In this document: positions 28,138-41,696 of the stretch, piece after piece
How positions within the stretch are numbered: the first letter of the stretch is position 1
Layout of the letters: the number at the start of each line of letters is the position of its first letter
From: Spironucleus salmonicida
Lineage: Eukaryota
Length of the DNA stretch: 64,000 nt
Assembly: GCF_000497125.1 (NCBI RefSeq)
Contig: NC_090600.1
Span: 1,323,197 to 1,387,196, forward strand
Direction of reading: 5' to 3'
The notes under the pieces: generated by a model
What the model was told of the DNA's origin: nothing
Seen by the model: only the letters and a program-made list of their open reading frames with translations
Databases searched by the model: none
Made by a program: the position numbers and the translations under genes

Positions 28138-30531
28138 TCAGAAAAAATGAGTAAAGTCTTCTGTAATATTATTAAGCACACAAGTTCTCTTTACAAATTT
28201 CGTATTGTGGACATTTTAGATTATCCACAGTAACATAATAGAGACAAAAATACCAATAAAACATGAGCTAGTCCAGTAAGTAAATGTATAAATTGACGAA
28301 TTTAGGAAAAGAAAATCATAGAGCCAAATTTTGAAGCCGAACATAGTTTTAAATAATGGATCTCTCTTAAAAACCATATCAGGAGTATATGTGCGTTCGT
28401 AACTAATAGTCTATTGGCTACGCACACCTATAGTTTTGAAATCTGTAAACCGCTATAAATATCCAACAATTGTAATATTTGTTTTTGCTTCTACCTCATC
28501 TTTTATCATATAACACTACTGAACTATATCATTTTACAATGAATGTTAGATGTAGTCAATTTACTAGACACCGTAAACTTTCTTTTCTGTAATTTTATAT
28601 TAAGGTTTCTTCATAATAAATTTATTTATAGACAAAATATTGTTAATATAATCTAGCACACTCTCAAATAGCACATCTTCTTATCCAAAAAATATACGTA
28701 CAGCTAAGGATTGTGATGAAAATTTCTCTTATTTTATTTTTAATGTATGAAGATATTACGAAAACGTGGCTAGATCTTAAATGCTTGGGGTAAGTGTGTC
28801 TTAATGAAGTGGTTATCCTTTTATTATCATCATTGAGCGTGGCATATCAAAAACAAATAAGTTGCAACCGAAAACTGATAGCATCTGACCAAACTATTAA
28901 AATTATGAGAAAAACACCCAATTGTAAACAGTCATTATTACAAAATTTGCAATAAAACATACTGAAAAAATCATAGATATGACTATAGGCATAAACTCTA
29001 TATCAATACTATATAAGTATGATCCATAATTTCGTGACGATGAACTTAAATAAAACATATCGAATCCAAAAAGTAATGTCAACGAAAAGAATAAAATAAA
29101 TCCTAATGAATAAGGTCTAATTTTTTGCAGTTTTTATACTCTATTTACTAAGTATGATATTCTCCAGGCATTTGCGCCAGTCATGTCTGCCTAGACGGCA
29201 TCTTGAAATATTATAGATTTATTAGATTCTAAATGGTATCTAAGGAGAATGAATATAAAGCTGAAACAGAATCCAGATAATTAAATGAACCCCATATTTT
29301 ATGGAATAAACTGATTAATATAAACAAAATTTCTTTATACAACCGTTAATGTTTAAATAATTAATGAAAATCCAGTTAGTCCGAATCCAATATATCCTAA
29401 AACATAAACTATTAGTATTAATGTCGGTTTTATATCAAAACCATTAATATCTTATTAAATACGCTGAGCTTCATCATCATATAAAAACTTAAAATATTTC
29501 TTTTGCTGTAGAATATTGCCTCCATTTCCAGTATACTTTCCAACCTACATTAATCCATACAGCAAGCCTAAAATTAACGCAATTGCAAATGTTATCCATG
29601 ATAATATTGGCATAAGTATATCTATATTAGTACTAAACCAAGAAACTTTGAAAATTTAAACAGGATAATCATTTGAAGATTTGCCATTAATCTTATAAAA
29701 ATATGCTGTAATAGGAGATGTATCCTCAATATAATCCAATGTAAACTTTGGAACATTAAAATTTTAGTAAATAACTCTTAAGATTGGCACTTTTGACACG
29801 CCACCAACTAAATCTAGTTAATAATCCAAATAAATTTACTGTGCGATAGTATAAGTATCATCAGTTAATTAATGTCCTAGAACAAACTTAGTATCAGTTA
29901 CGAGATTATTAAATTAAATTCGATTATCATTATAATGTAGTCTTTGTGTCTCATTCACTATGATAGGTACAGGGACTGATAAGTTATTTGTGGTCAGCCC
30001 ATACAAACTAGCAAAAATAGGACTTTGTAGAAAGTCAAATAATTATCTTCCGGGAAGTTTGCATGATTATTAATATTATGTGCCAACTTCATTGAATAAT
30101 GAAAATACGACAGGATTAATAATGTTTTTGAAAATAGTTGAGTTATCAATATTTGTTTGCTCATTATCAATTACATTAACATTTCTATTGCCATAAAAAC
30201 TGCTTTCAGTGTTTTCTTAAGCTTTTATGAGATTGCACAAGGATAAAGCCCCCTCAAATAATGGACCATTGTAGAAAGTTTCTCCTAGCGAGTTTTACAA
30301 ATTTACAAATGTCTTACCTATCCATTATTACTATTAAGGAATTTTGTTTATATAACCGTTATAAAAAGGAAGTGGAGCCAGACTGCTCGTGAACGAAAGG
30401 CTTTTATAAGCATTTAGATCAACTTACCTTGCAAGATAGACGTCATCTTCTATTCTAAGATGCATACGTGCAGCATCATACTCCACGCAATTTCTACTCA
30501 GCAAGCACTCGCTATGCCCCAGGTTGCATCC
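28138..30531 (-). pseudogene. 5'-truncated meckelin/TMEM67 copy; lacks the first ~151 codons and may be a chimeric ORF starting in the spacer
   Basis: Matches the 3' 2.4 kb of the full gene 33170..36016 but is cut at the duplication junction; the frame stays open into the spacer. Confidence 0.75.
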
Positions 30532-30835
30532 ATTATAGATAGGTCTGCTTATATTAATAATAAAAGACTTTATTAACTATTAAATCAAAAAGCAATCAAT
30601 TTTAATGTGCAGATATTAATGAATATATATTGCTAAATATATAGAAAATTTAATATCTAGTAAGTATTAATTTACATTTCGGATAAAAGTTAAAGCATTC
30701 ATTTTAAAATTAAATTGTTCTATGATTAAGATTCTCCAAATAATATTTTAAAACATTTAACAAAATATTACTGTAAATTTGATGTGACATGCCTATATTG
30801 TACGATATTATTGCATACAGATAAGACGGTCACCA
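30532..30835. other. 304-bp unique spacer/insertion at the duplication junction
   Basis: Lies between the two repeat copies; no match noticed elsewhere in the window. Confidence 0.85.
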
Positions 30836-30939
30836 CATTTAGTAAAAACTGAGCTGATTAATATTAATTAATTAAAAATATTTTACATATTATATATATT
30901 TAATAATTTCTACCTCCTTCCGCTCCACATAACGCTAAG

Positions 30940-31461
30940 ATGGATCTTCCTGACCCTTGTTTTGCTTGTACTACCTGTGGAGCTAACTTTACATCACATG
31001 AAGCATTTTAATAACATGTTTTATAGCACAATGATGTAAATCAATAGGAAGTTAATTACCTTTGTAACAAATGTGGTTCAGTTTTTGACTCATAAACCTC
31101 ATTATAGAACCACCACTGTGATACTATTCAATTTGACTCCTTAAAATAAACAACTAGACCTAGAAAATATAAATCTAGTGGTGACAAGCAATTTACCTGT
31201 CCTATTTGCAATTAAGGATTCGCCAGAAAAGATACGTTAGAAGTTCATAGAAAAATACACTTAGATACTAAAGAATTTGAATGCGAAGTATGTGGCTCAT
31301 AGTTCAGATAGAAAGGTCATTTGACTAGGCATATGAATATACATTTAGAGAGAATTGATGTTAGATGTGAAGTATGTGGCAAAGAGTTCCACAGAATGGA
31401 CTAATATAACTAACATATGAAGAGGTTTCATCTTTCTAGAGAATAGGAGTACTATGGGTGA
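30940..31461 (+). CDS. C2H2 zinc-finger protein, copy 2
   Basis: Duplicate of 25908..26429. Confidence 0.93.
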
Positions 31462-31610
31462 TCTTGTTTGGATATTTTTACTCTTTCATTTCAAGTGGAA
31501 GTATGGAATGGCTTCGCTTCACTTCATCTCCTTTCCAATTTTCCACTATTCATTAATATAATATTATTAGAAAGTTTACACTTCTGATTTTATTTCTATG
31601 ACTTTAGCAA

Positions 31611-32753
31611 TCACTCGTTTAACCAACTTTCAGCTATACAGAGTACTCTCTCCTTGTAAAGTCCTTTTTTATCATCAGTACATTCAATCTCGATCCATGT
31701 ATTGAAGAATCTTATAATTTCCTCGATAATAATCATTTCATCTGATGGTAGCAAACGAACCATCTTATTAACACCATCAATATCTGAAATATTATATAAC
31801 ATATTAATCATCTTTGATATAGTCATTATCTTCTAACCATATTTACAAGCCAGTAAAAGTTAAGTTAGATCTTTTGGCGTAACTTGCCTTTGAATATTTT
31901 CAAAATATTTCTATAGTTAAACCGTATGAAATTGATCCAAAAACTTCAATAAAATATTTGGTTCCTGAACAAAATCTCTGAACCTACTAAAAAAATCTAG
32001 AGCGGATGCTTTTTCATGTAAAATAACATCATCCCTGTAAACTAATTTCCCATTAACACTTCCCAGTATTTCTTAATTAAGCAAAGAAGCATCAGTCACG
32101 GTCATAAGTTCTTGCTTTTTTAAATTAATATTTATCTTACGCGGAACATCTATATTTTTATTTATTTGGACGTCTACTTCATCGTCACTGCTTGTTGATC
32201 CTTCCAAAATTTAAACTTTTGTGGCTCCTAGTTTTTAACGACACAAAGCCATGTCTTCTTCATTTTTGGGATCATTTAATTCTACTAACTATTCATACGC
32301 TTCTTAATACATTTAGTTCTCCATTAATGATTTACTATATCTTTATCTTGCCTTAGCATATGTAGGGTCCAGTGAAAGAGCACTTTAGAAACATGCCAGT
32401 GACTCCATTGGTTTCCTATTTAATTTCTAAAAACATAATCCTAAATTAAAATATGACTAAGACTTAATTATAGCATCATCTGAATTTAAAGCTACTTCGT
32501 AACATTCAGCCGCCTCTTTAAATTTTTTATCCTTAAAAAATTAATTTCCTCTAGATTTTTCAAATTTAGCATCTTAATTTATGTCGACTGTGCCTCTCGG
32601 TGCCGGAAGTATAATAGACTCTCCATTAAACTGCTTAACTTCTTCACTAGCTTTCTTATCAACTATTTCTTATTTTGATATGAACTAAGTTAGATCATTC
32701 ATAATTTAATGTTACTTCTCAGCCTATTATTTAATCTTAATCTAAATGTCCAT
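31611..32753 (-). CDS. RPAP3/SPAG1-like TPR co-chaperone, copy 2
   Basis: Duplicate of 26579..27721. Confidence 0.8.
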
Positions 32754-33169
32754 TTAAAATTACTAGAAGAAAGTTTATATAAATTATTTTATGTTTAATA
32801 ATACTAATTATTATCATTTATTATAAACAAATTAGCGGAATTCCGTCTTCTATAATTTTTATAATACTTCAAAGCACTCTTATTTGGGTTATGCAATTGA
32901 TGATTTCATAGCAACTTCAACTAAATTCAGCATATAAAATAAATCACATAATTATACATACAATTAATATTAGTAATGTTAAATAATTAGATACTATAAA
33001 TACTTATTTAATATTTACAGTCAGAGCAATACTTTTATAGTAGAAGATTAAAATATGTGCAGAGAAACACCAAGCATACATATATTATAGCAAGTGATGA
33101 TATTAGTCATTCGTTATCAATTAGATTTGGATATTATTCTAATCAAAAAATTGGACGCTTAATAAAAAT

Positions 33170-36016
33170 TCAGAAAAAATGAGTAAAGTCTTCTGTAATA
33201 TTATTAAGCACACAAGTTCTCTTTACAAATTTCGTATTGTGGACATTTTAGATTATCCACAGTAACATAATAGAGACAAAAATACCAATAAAACATGAGC
33301 TAGTCCAGTAAGTAAATGTATAAATTGACGAATTTAGGAAAAGAAAATCATAGAGCCAAATTTTGAAGCCGAACATAGTTTTAAATAATGGATCTCTCTT
33401 AAAAACCATATCAGGAGTATATGTGCGTTCGTAACTAATAGTCTATTGGCTACGCACACCTATAGTTTTGAAATCTGTAAACCGCTATAAATATCCAACA
33501 ATTGTAATATTTGTTTTTGCTTCTACCTCATCTTTTATCATATAACACTACTGAACTATATCATTTTACAATGAATGTTAGATGTAGTCAATTTACTAGA
33601 CACCGTAAACTTTCTTTTCTGTAATTTTATATTAAGGTTTCTTCATAATAAATTTATTTATAGACAAAATATTGTTAATATAATCTAGCACACTCTCAAA
33701 TAGCACATCTTCTTATCCAAAAAATATACGTACAGCTAAGGATTGTGATGAAAATTTCTCTTATTTTATTTTTAATGTATGAAGATATTACGAAAACGTG
33801 GCTAGATCTTAAATGCTTGGGGTAAGTGTGTCTTAATGAAGTGGTTATCCTTTTATTATCATCATTGAGCGTGGCATATCAAAAACAAATAAGTTGCAAC
33901 CGAAAACTGATAGCATCTGACCAAACTATTAAAATTATGAGAAAAACACCCAATTGTAAACAGTCATTATTACAAAATTTGCAATAAAACATACTGAAAA
34001 AATCATAGATATGACTATAGGCATAAACTCTATATCAATACTATATAAGTATGATCCATAATTTCGTGACGATGAACTTAAATAAAACATATCGAATCCA
34101 AAAAGTAATGTCAACGAAAAGAATAAAATAAATCCTAATGAATAAGGTCTAATTTTTTGCAGTTTTTATACTCTATTTACTAAGTATGATATTCTCCAGG
34201 CATTTGCGCCAGTCATGTCTGCCTAGACGGCATCTTGAAATATTATAGATTTATTAGATTCTAAATGGTATCTAAGGAGAATGAATATAAAGCTGAAACA
34301 GAATCCAGATAATTAAATGAACCCCATATTTTATGGAATAAACTGATTAATATAAACAAAATTTCTTTATACAACCGTTAATGTTTAAATAATTAATGAA
34401 AATCCAGTTAGTCCGAATCCAATATATCCTAAAACATAAACTATTAGTATTAATGTCGGTTTTATATCAAAACCATTAATATCTTATTAAATACGCTGAG
34501 CTTCATCATCATATAAAAACTTAAAATATTTCTTTTGCTGTAGAATATTGCCTCCATTTCCAGTATACTTTCCAACCTACATTAATCCATACAGCAAGCC
34601 TAAAATTAACGCAATTGCAAATGTTATCCATGATAATATTGGCATAAGTATATCTATATTAGTACTAAACCAAGAAACTTTGAAAATTTAAACAGGATAA
34701 TCATTTGAAGATTTGCCATTAATCTTATAAAAATATGCTGTAATAGGAGATGTATCCTCAATATAATCCAATGTAAACTTTGGAACATTAAAATTTTAGT
34801 AAATAACTCTTAAGATTGGCACTTTTGACACGCCACCAACTAAATCTAGTTAATAATCCAAATAAATTTACTGTGCGATAGTATAAGTATCATCAGTTAA
34901 TTAATGTCCTAGAACAAACTTAGTATCAGTTACGAGATTATTAAATTAAATTCGATTATCATTATAATGTAGTCTTTGTGTCTCATTCACTATGATAGGT
35001 ACAGGGACTGATAAGTTATTTGTGGTCAGCACATACAAACTAGCAAAAATAGGACTTTGTAGAAAGTCAAATAATTATCTTCCGGGAAGTTTGCATGATT
35101 ATTAATATTATGTGCCAACTTCATTGAATAATGAAAATACGACAGGATTAATAATGTTTTTGAAAATAGTTGAGTTATCAATATTTGTTTGCTCATTATC
35201 AATTACATTAACATTTCTATTGCCATAAAAACTGCTTTCAGTGTTTTCTTAAGCTTTTATGAGATTGCACAAGGATAAAGCCCCCTCAAATAATGGACCA
35301 TTGTAGAAAGTTTCTCCTAGCGAGTTTTACAAATTTACAAATGTCTTACCTATCCATTATTACTATTAAGGAATTTTGTTTATATAACCGTTATAAAAAG
35401 GAAGTGGAGCCAGACTGCTCGTGAACGAAAGGCTTTTATAAGCATTTAGATCAACTTACCTTGCAAGATAGACGTCATCTTCTATTCTAAGATGCATACG
35501 TGCAGCATCATACTCCACGCAATTTCTACTCAGCAAGCACTCGCTATGCCCCAGGTTGCATCCTTGTGGGTTCTTCATCGCACATAATGCTAAAGTATCT
35601 GAATTAAACTCTATCTTTAATGCATCAGACACACATAGATTTAGTGTTATATTTAATGTGTATTGTGGTTTACAAGTTAAAATCTATTTCTTAATATTAT
35701 TAATAGCGTATGAGCCACAAACATACGCTGTTGCTGTTTATACCATGTAAGTATCAACTGGGCACAGATTGTTAATACAAGTAACACAAGGTAGACATAT
35801 ATTATTAAATCCAGAAATTTGTCCAGCAGGACAATCAGTAGGTGTAACAGTAGTTATATCTTTTAATACGAATGCACACGTTCCATTGAAATACTATCGT
35901 GGAGGCATACACTCAAAACATGAACCTGTATGTTATGAGAAGAAAGTTCCTGGCTATTAACATGGTACCGCAGTAGTAAGCAACGCATACATACTGATCA
36001 TTTTATTACTTTTCAT
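33170..36016 (-). CDS. TMEM67: Meckelin (TMEM67/MKS3), ciliary transition-zone protein (~948 aa)
   Basis: Signal-like and Cys-rich N-terminus; ANAWRISYLVNRVQKLQKIR (cf. SIWRTYFVANEWNEIQTVR); LSVFGCNLFVFD...IIKGQPLH (cf. CSMSNISVF...IHGRSVH); C-terminal TMs; length fits. Confidence 0.82.
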
Positions 36017-36067
36017 AAATTATAAGTTATACTATATAATATTGATACTTACCCCTTTCTTAAAATT

Positions 36068-36688
36068 ATGCTCTATCTTTACTCCCCAGATGAATTTGAT
36101 CATCAACCGGCATGCTACATAACGGACTATATAAACAGCATATAGTAATTTATACTTTTTATTCATTACAAGAGCCTCTCAGAAAGTGTAAATCAATCTC
36201 TAGTTAATAACTTGTAGCTTTACAGTGCGATTGCTTCATTTATGGGTGCAGTAACTCACCATTTCTTTAATAACGTAAAACATAGTAAATTCTTTACTAT
36301 TTTTTGGTAAATTTCGGTATACTTTTAAATTCTCACTTCTAGTTCATTTTTACTCATTCTAGCAATACAAAATAATTTTAGCACTTCCTTTTATGTTCCG
36401 TTAACTGTCTTGTTATTCGTACTTTGTATGACGAACTAAAAGTTTTCATTTGAGATTTAAATGTTAATTTCAGCATCTTTTTTGCTTATTTTCACATTTT
36501 TCACATTTTTGCAAAAACCCCTATTCCACGAACTCATTCTCAAGGGATGTGCTATAATTATTGCTAGCTTTTTGATAATTGTATTCAAAATTTAATTGCC
36601 TTATTTTAATCATAATTCTATTTTCCACTCTTTACTGTTTATAGCTTATTTTTACTTAGCTAAGGGCGTATTTTTATCGGTAAAATGA
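36068..36688 (+). CDS. Multipass membrane protein, DUF6962/CREST-superfamily-like putative hydrolase (206 aa)
   Basis: QPACYITDY, ASFMGAVTHHFF and FNHNSIFH motifs in a hydrophobic ORF; C-rich motif upstream. Confidence 0.65.
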
Positions 36689-36697
36689 GGAATTTTT

Positions 36698-37063
36698 TCA
36701 CTTCTTTAATTTTACTTAAAAGATAGATTCTTACTCCAATTTGATGATTGGCATAGCCTTGATTTAATGGTTATTTATCTCCGCTAAATTGTATTTTGCA
36801 CAAAATTTCATAACCTCAGACTTATCTTTTAAGAAAGCTAAGAAGACTGTATCGTCAACTTTCTAATAGGTAGCATCAAAATCCTTAAAAATCTAGTTTT
36901 TGAGATCTTTGTAGTTAAGCTGGGATGGAAGGGAGGTGATAAGCGCAGCAAACTTTTTCTTTTCTTCTGGTCCTGTTTATGTCTTAGATAGTGTAATTTT
37001 AGGAGTAGATGCACTGGATGCAGGATATCTATTGTCATTTTTACTAATGATAGTGATAACCAT
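36698..37063 (-). CDS. Small RRM-like protein (121 aa)
   Basis: ALITSLPSQLNYKDLKNQIF...FCAKYNLAEINNHQIKA. Upstream TTCCACTTCAAAAAATG; stop AAG TGA. Confidence 0.55.
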
Positions 37064-37146
37064 TTTTTGAAGTGGAAAAATTTATTTTATAGTTTATCTA
37101 TTAAATTTATAAATTTACTGTAATAATTATTTGCAATCAGATTAAA

Positions 37147-37722
37147 ATGATTAGGTAAACTTCCAATAAAGTATTATTAACTTCTAAAGCGTTGAATTTT
37201 TATCGAAATATACCATGCCAGCATATTAAGACGGCTAATATAACTAGTTCAATTAATGGAAAATTTTATCACCATAGTTATTTTCCGATAGCTATTATGG
37301 CATGTAGCATATTCAATTATTAATAACAAGTTTAATTGACATTACCGAGTAATGAAATTAAATTAGAAATATTAAGTAGTTAAAATTAGCATTATGTTAT
37401 TAATGCCATTGATAAAATAGTTTAAATTTTTGGGGTACTGAAAACAAGTAACTAACCTTCCTAATTGCTACTTAATTTCGAGAAAAATATAAGAAATACT
37501 ACTTTGGAAAGAATTAAGGATAATAATATGTTTTGGGATAAGCACTTCAGGGATAAAAGATAAAACCAATATAACATTAATGAAAAAAGAAAAGATAGTA
37601 GAGAGAAGAATTAAATTAATTCATAGCTGAAATTAAAGTAATAGTCGATTTAATCAACACCTGTAACATCAGTAGAATAAAAAGTTGAAGTTATAATAAG
37701 TAATTATGAAGAAACAATATGA
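37147..37722 (+). CDS. Hypothetical protein (191 aa)
   Basis: AAAATG start; TGA-free frame that fills the gap and ends 3 bp from the branching-enzyme stop. Confidence 0.5.
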
Positions 37723-37725
37723 GAC

Positions 37726-39879
37726 TCATTCAATTTTTTCCAATACATAACCGCATTGCTTCTTTATCCAAACTTTAATAAATTAACCACATCCATTCAA
37801 CTTATCTCTACAGGTATTATCACATTGCGATTCTGGAATAGTTCTGAATAAGTTATCCTTTTAAGTACCTTATCCATCACCACCATATTATTTGCCATTA
37901 CTAGTTAAGACTACTTTATAGGCGCCTGGTTGTCTGATAGGAATAATAGCTTCATAGTCTCCATTAAATGGATGCATACTAATAATAAATACTAAATTAG
38001 CTCTATCCCATACTAATGTTTTTGCTTCATTATCTGTTACATTAACAAATTCTCTTGATAATTACCATGGGAACTATTTATTAAGATTCATTAAATCTTT
38101 ATCAAATAAGCTCAACCAATGAAATTTAGTATGACTTGAATCCTCGAGAGACCATTATCTTCTACAGTGTTTAAATGATTCTCCATTACCTGTTCTTGGG
38201 AAATCAATCCACTCTGGATGACCAAATTCATTACCCATAAAGGCTAAGTATCCTTCGCCACCCATGCCAATAGTTAATAGCCTAATAACTTTATGTAAAC
38301 GGATACCACGATCAGTTCTATCTTCAGGACCTTATATAGCAGACATATCTGAGTAAATCTTTTCATTTAAAAGCCACATCAGCAATACTTTATCACCAAC
38401 CAGAGCCTAGTCATGGCATTCTGCATAAACGATGTGTTTTTCTTACCATCTTCTATTACATAATGCATGACGTATCTTACCCATATCAAGATTGCTTTCA
38501 TCATTTAAACCTAAATCAAAGCCAGATTTCATGAATTTTACCCATAAATCTGGAACAGCCATTTAGAATCTATAATCAAACCCAATACCACCTTGTTATA
38601 AAGGGGTAGCTAAAGTTGGATAACCTGAAACATCTTCTGCTATTGAAATAGTTTTCTAGTTATTCTTTTGATCTTTAACTAAGAATAAATAATGAGCCAG
38701 TCTGAGATAAGTTAAAGCGCCAATATCAACACGAGAGTTATCATCAAAATATTCACCATAACGACCAGTGTAACCCTCACCTGCAGATCTATGCCAATAC
38801 ATCATAGACATACAGCCATCAAAACGGAAACCATCAATGTTAAATTCTGTTAACCAAAAGTTTAAATTTTAAAGTAAAAACCTTAGGGTTTCAGGATGAG
38901 TGTAGTCGAAAACTTTAGAATCCCAAAGAGGATGATCCTCTTCATGGAATAAAAATTTAGTACCATCCCAATTAGCAATACCATCAGTAACATTTTTAGA
39001 AGCATGAGAATGCACTAAATCTAAATAAACTTAAATTTTAAGAGAGTGTGCCTTCTCAACCAAATAACGGAAATCTTCTGGAGGGCCAAATCTAGAAGAA
39101 GGGGCAAAGAAAGAAGTAACCTAATAACCAAAAGATCCATAATAAGCATGTTCTTATAAAGCCATTATTTATACAGCATTATAACCTTTATTGGCAATTC
39201 TAGGTAAAATATTATCTGCAAAATCTCTATAAGTATTAATCTTTTCCTCCTCAGAGCTCATACCGATATGTGTTTCATATATTCTTAACACATCGTGTTA
39301 TGGTTTAGGCTATTTAAATTAAAACTTTTCCATAATATGCCATTAAGGTTCGAGTTAAGAAATTTCTTTGTTTAAAATAGCATATAAACAATGCTAAGGA
39401 TGTCTATACAAATCTTGTCCATCGTGTGTGTTTATGAAAATTTTATATTTTTAATTCTCTTTTATAGGGCATTCCCATCTTCCCTTAGTTCCTGTAAAAG
39501 GAATTGAAATAGTGTGTACCCCCATGTCTTAATGATTAGAATAATGTTTAGTATTATCCCAGTTATTAAAATCTCCGACAATTGCTACGTATTTACCGTT
39601 ACCAATCCACTCTCTATAAACGAGATTTGGTGGTGAAGATGCACTTTATACTTAATTCCAATCCATGGAACTTATATTTTAAATCGTGTTCCCTGCCTCT
39701 ATATAGAAACCATAATTAGTATAATCAGAAAATTATTCTATACCCTAGGAGTTGGTATTAATTTCATATAATACACGCAAAAACTCGCTCCACCTATGTT
39801 TAATTACTTCTGCATAATCATTCAGTTAAGAATCGATTTCAAGAACTTCAAGACCGTTTAACTTAAAAGGGTCAAACAT
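37726..39879 (-). CDS. GBE1: 1,4-alpha-glucan (glycogen) branching enzyme, GH13 (717 aa)
   Basis: [93 protein letters not shown]. Confidence 0.97.
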
Positions 39880-40193
39880 CTTTTGATTTGAAGGAGAGGT
39901 AAGTAAGATTTTACACTGTATGTGTATAATAATACAATATTGAAGATGTAAGTTACAAAGTATTATTTAATCTCGGTAGATTATATATAACTACCAATTC
40001 TAATAACTACCAACAATAACTTAACAGTTCTAAAAAATAATTAAGTATCAGTGTATACTCGATTTAGTTTTGAAAAAATTTGTATATAACTTTCTATCAT
40101 ATTTTCTTTATTAAATTTATTCAGCTAATAAATATATTATTATAAATAAAATTATATAATAATTTAATATACATTTATCTTTTTAAAATTCAA

Positions 40194-40913
40194 ATGATAC
40201 CTTTACACGTGAGTCATAATTATCTTCGTTAACGCTTTTTTGAAATAAGATTTTCTCTAACAGCAACAGTTGGTGAGATTAAATAAAAAATATACCAGAT
40301 AACAGGAACGCAGCCTGACTATTAAGAAATCTATCTTATTAAATCCTCAACAGATAGAGTTATGATGAAACCTGACAACATTTATCTCCGTGATTTTGAT
40401 CCAGAAGCTGGAATGGAAATTTCAGTCACAGATAGAAATCCCAACTCTTTGCTTCGTGATGTTAATGATACATCTAAAGTTGAAAAATTTGTACTTACTG
40501 ATGCTGAGTATGACAAAAAAGAAAACTCGGTGCGAGCATTTTTACGCGAAAAGTATGAAAATGATCCTACTTATAGACTAGAAGTTGATGCAGCTAAAGC
40601 TAAAAGAGCGAATGCAATCAAGAAAGAATTAGATGCTGCTGTACTAATGAAAATTACTGACAGATGCTAGATTGTAGGAAATAGAAGAGGCGAAGTTATG
40701 TATATTGGTACAGCTGATGAACTTGGAAATGGACTATTTGTGGGTATAAAACTTGATGAGCCTTTAGGCGACAACGATGGAAAACTTGATTCTAGGATTA
40801 TATTTGACTGTAGGCCAAAATTTGGAATTTTTGTAAGACCTTCCCAGGTGGAAATTGGCGATTTCCCTGAAATTGATGAATTGGCTTTAGATACTAGCGA
40901 TAGTGAACTCTGA
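40194..40913 (+). CDS. TBCB: Tubulin-folding cofactor B (Ubl + CAP-Gly, 239 aa)
   Basis: KVEKFVLTDAEYDKKENSVRAF and CAP-Gly GIKLDEPLGDNDG...CRPKFGIFVRPSQVEIGDFPE; TAR readthrough joins two track ORFs. Confidence 0.93.
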
Positions 40914-41696
40914 TATTTAAAATATATTTAACACCAAATATATAGTAGTTAAATAGAGTAACAAAATTAATAATATACATAATTTTAAGAGAGGATTGCC
41001 AAAGTGATTATTTAATGTAGATATAATAATTTGTTAACGTTACTGAGTAATATAATTTATCTGTATAATTTGTATATGAAACTTATTATCCTGAAATAGG
41101 ATAAATTACAACAAATTATTCTCTTCACATACCTTATTAAATGTATTAACCTTGTAACAATAAATATTATTTCAGTACAAATGTTATACTTAATATGCTC
41201 CTCTAACAATATAATTAGTGCAAGTAGATTAGCTGATTTAGTAAGGTTAGATAACTTGATGATAAAAATTAAAATTAAAAAAATCTATGTACTTTAAGCG
41301 TTGAATAAGTTAGTTGGTTTAATAATGAAATTATATTTGAAGCTATAGCTTGGTTAAGTTTTTTTAATATATATTACACTCAATAATTATCAATCTTTAA
41401 AAAAATTTAATCATCTTTATAAATTAAAATTATAGAACAAAATATGCATTTTTAACCCAATAAATTAAATAAATAAACTATCTATAATATTACTGATCAT
41501 AATTCACAGTACTATGAAGATATTCTTGAATATTAATATTATTAAAAATAAAATATAGATGCACATTAATTGAATTTTTAAAGACGTAACTTTAACTTAT
41601 TGTATACACCTGCATCAATTAAACTGAGTTATTATATCACATCATTTAGTTCTATTAGTATATGTGATATAACTTAATAAATACAAAATATTTATA

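Larger units (their letters stand above)
25804..30531. repeat. Segmental direct duplication, copy 1 (4728 bp)
   Basis: Matches 30836..35563 at offset 5032; both copies start CATTTAGTAAAAACTGAG and end CCAGGTTGCATCC. One substitution spotted by eye (C29999 vs A35031). Confidence 0.97.
30836..35563. repeat. Segmental direct duplication, copy 2 (4728 bp)
   Basis: See copy 1; identical track ORFs 26579..26794 and 31611..31826. Confidence 0.97.

Noticed and set aside
30532-30835. Spacer as a transposon/MITE
   Set aside because: No terminal inverted repeats, target-site duplication, poly(A) tail or transposase similarity visible.
39340-39360. GGTTCGA T-loop-like motif (possible tRNA)
   Set aside because: Lies inside the branching-enzyme CDS with no cloverleaf; no tRNA, rRNA or CRISPR array was seen in the window.
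41076-41573. ~165-codon plus-strand TGA-free frame downstream of TBCB
   Set aside because: Low-complexity Ile/Asn/Lys composition with no motif; such frames arise by chance when TGA is the only stop.
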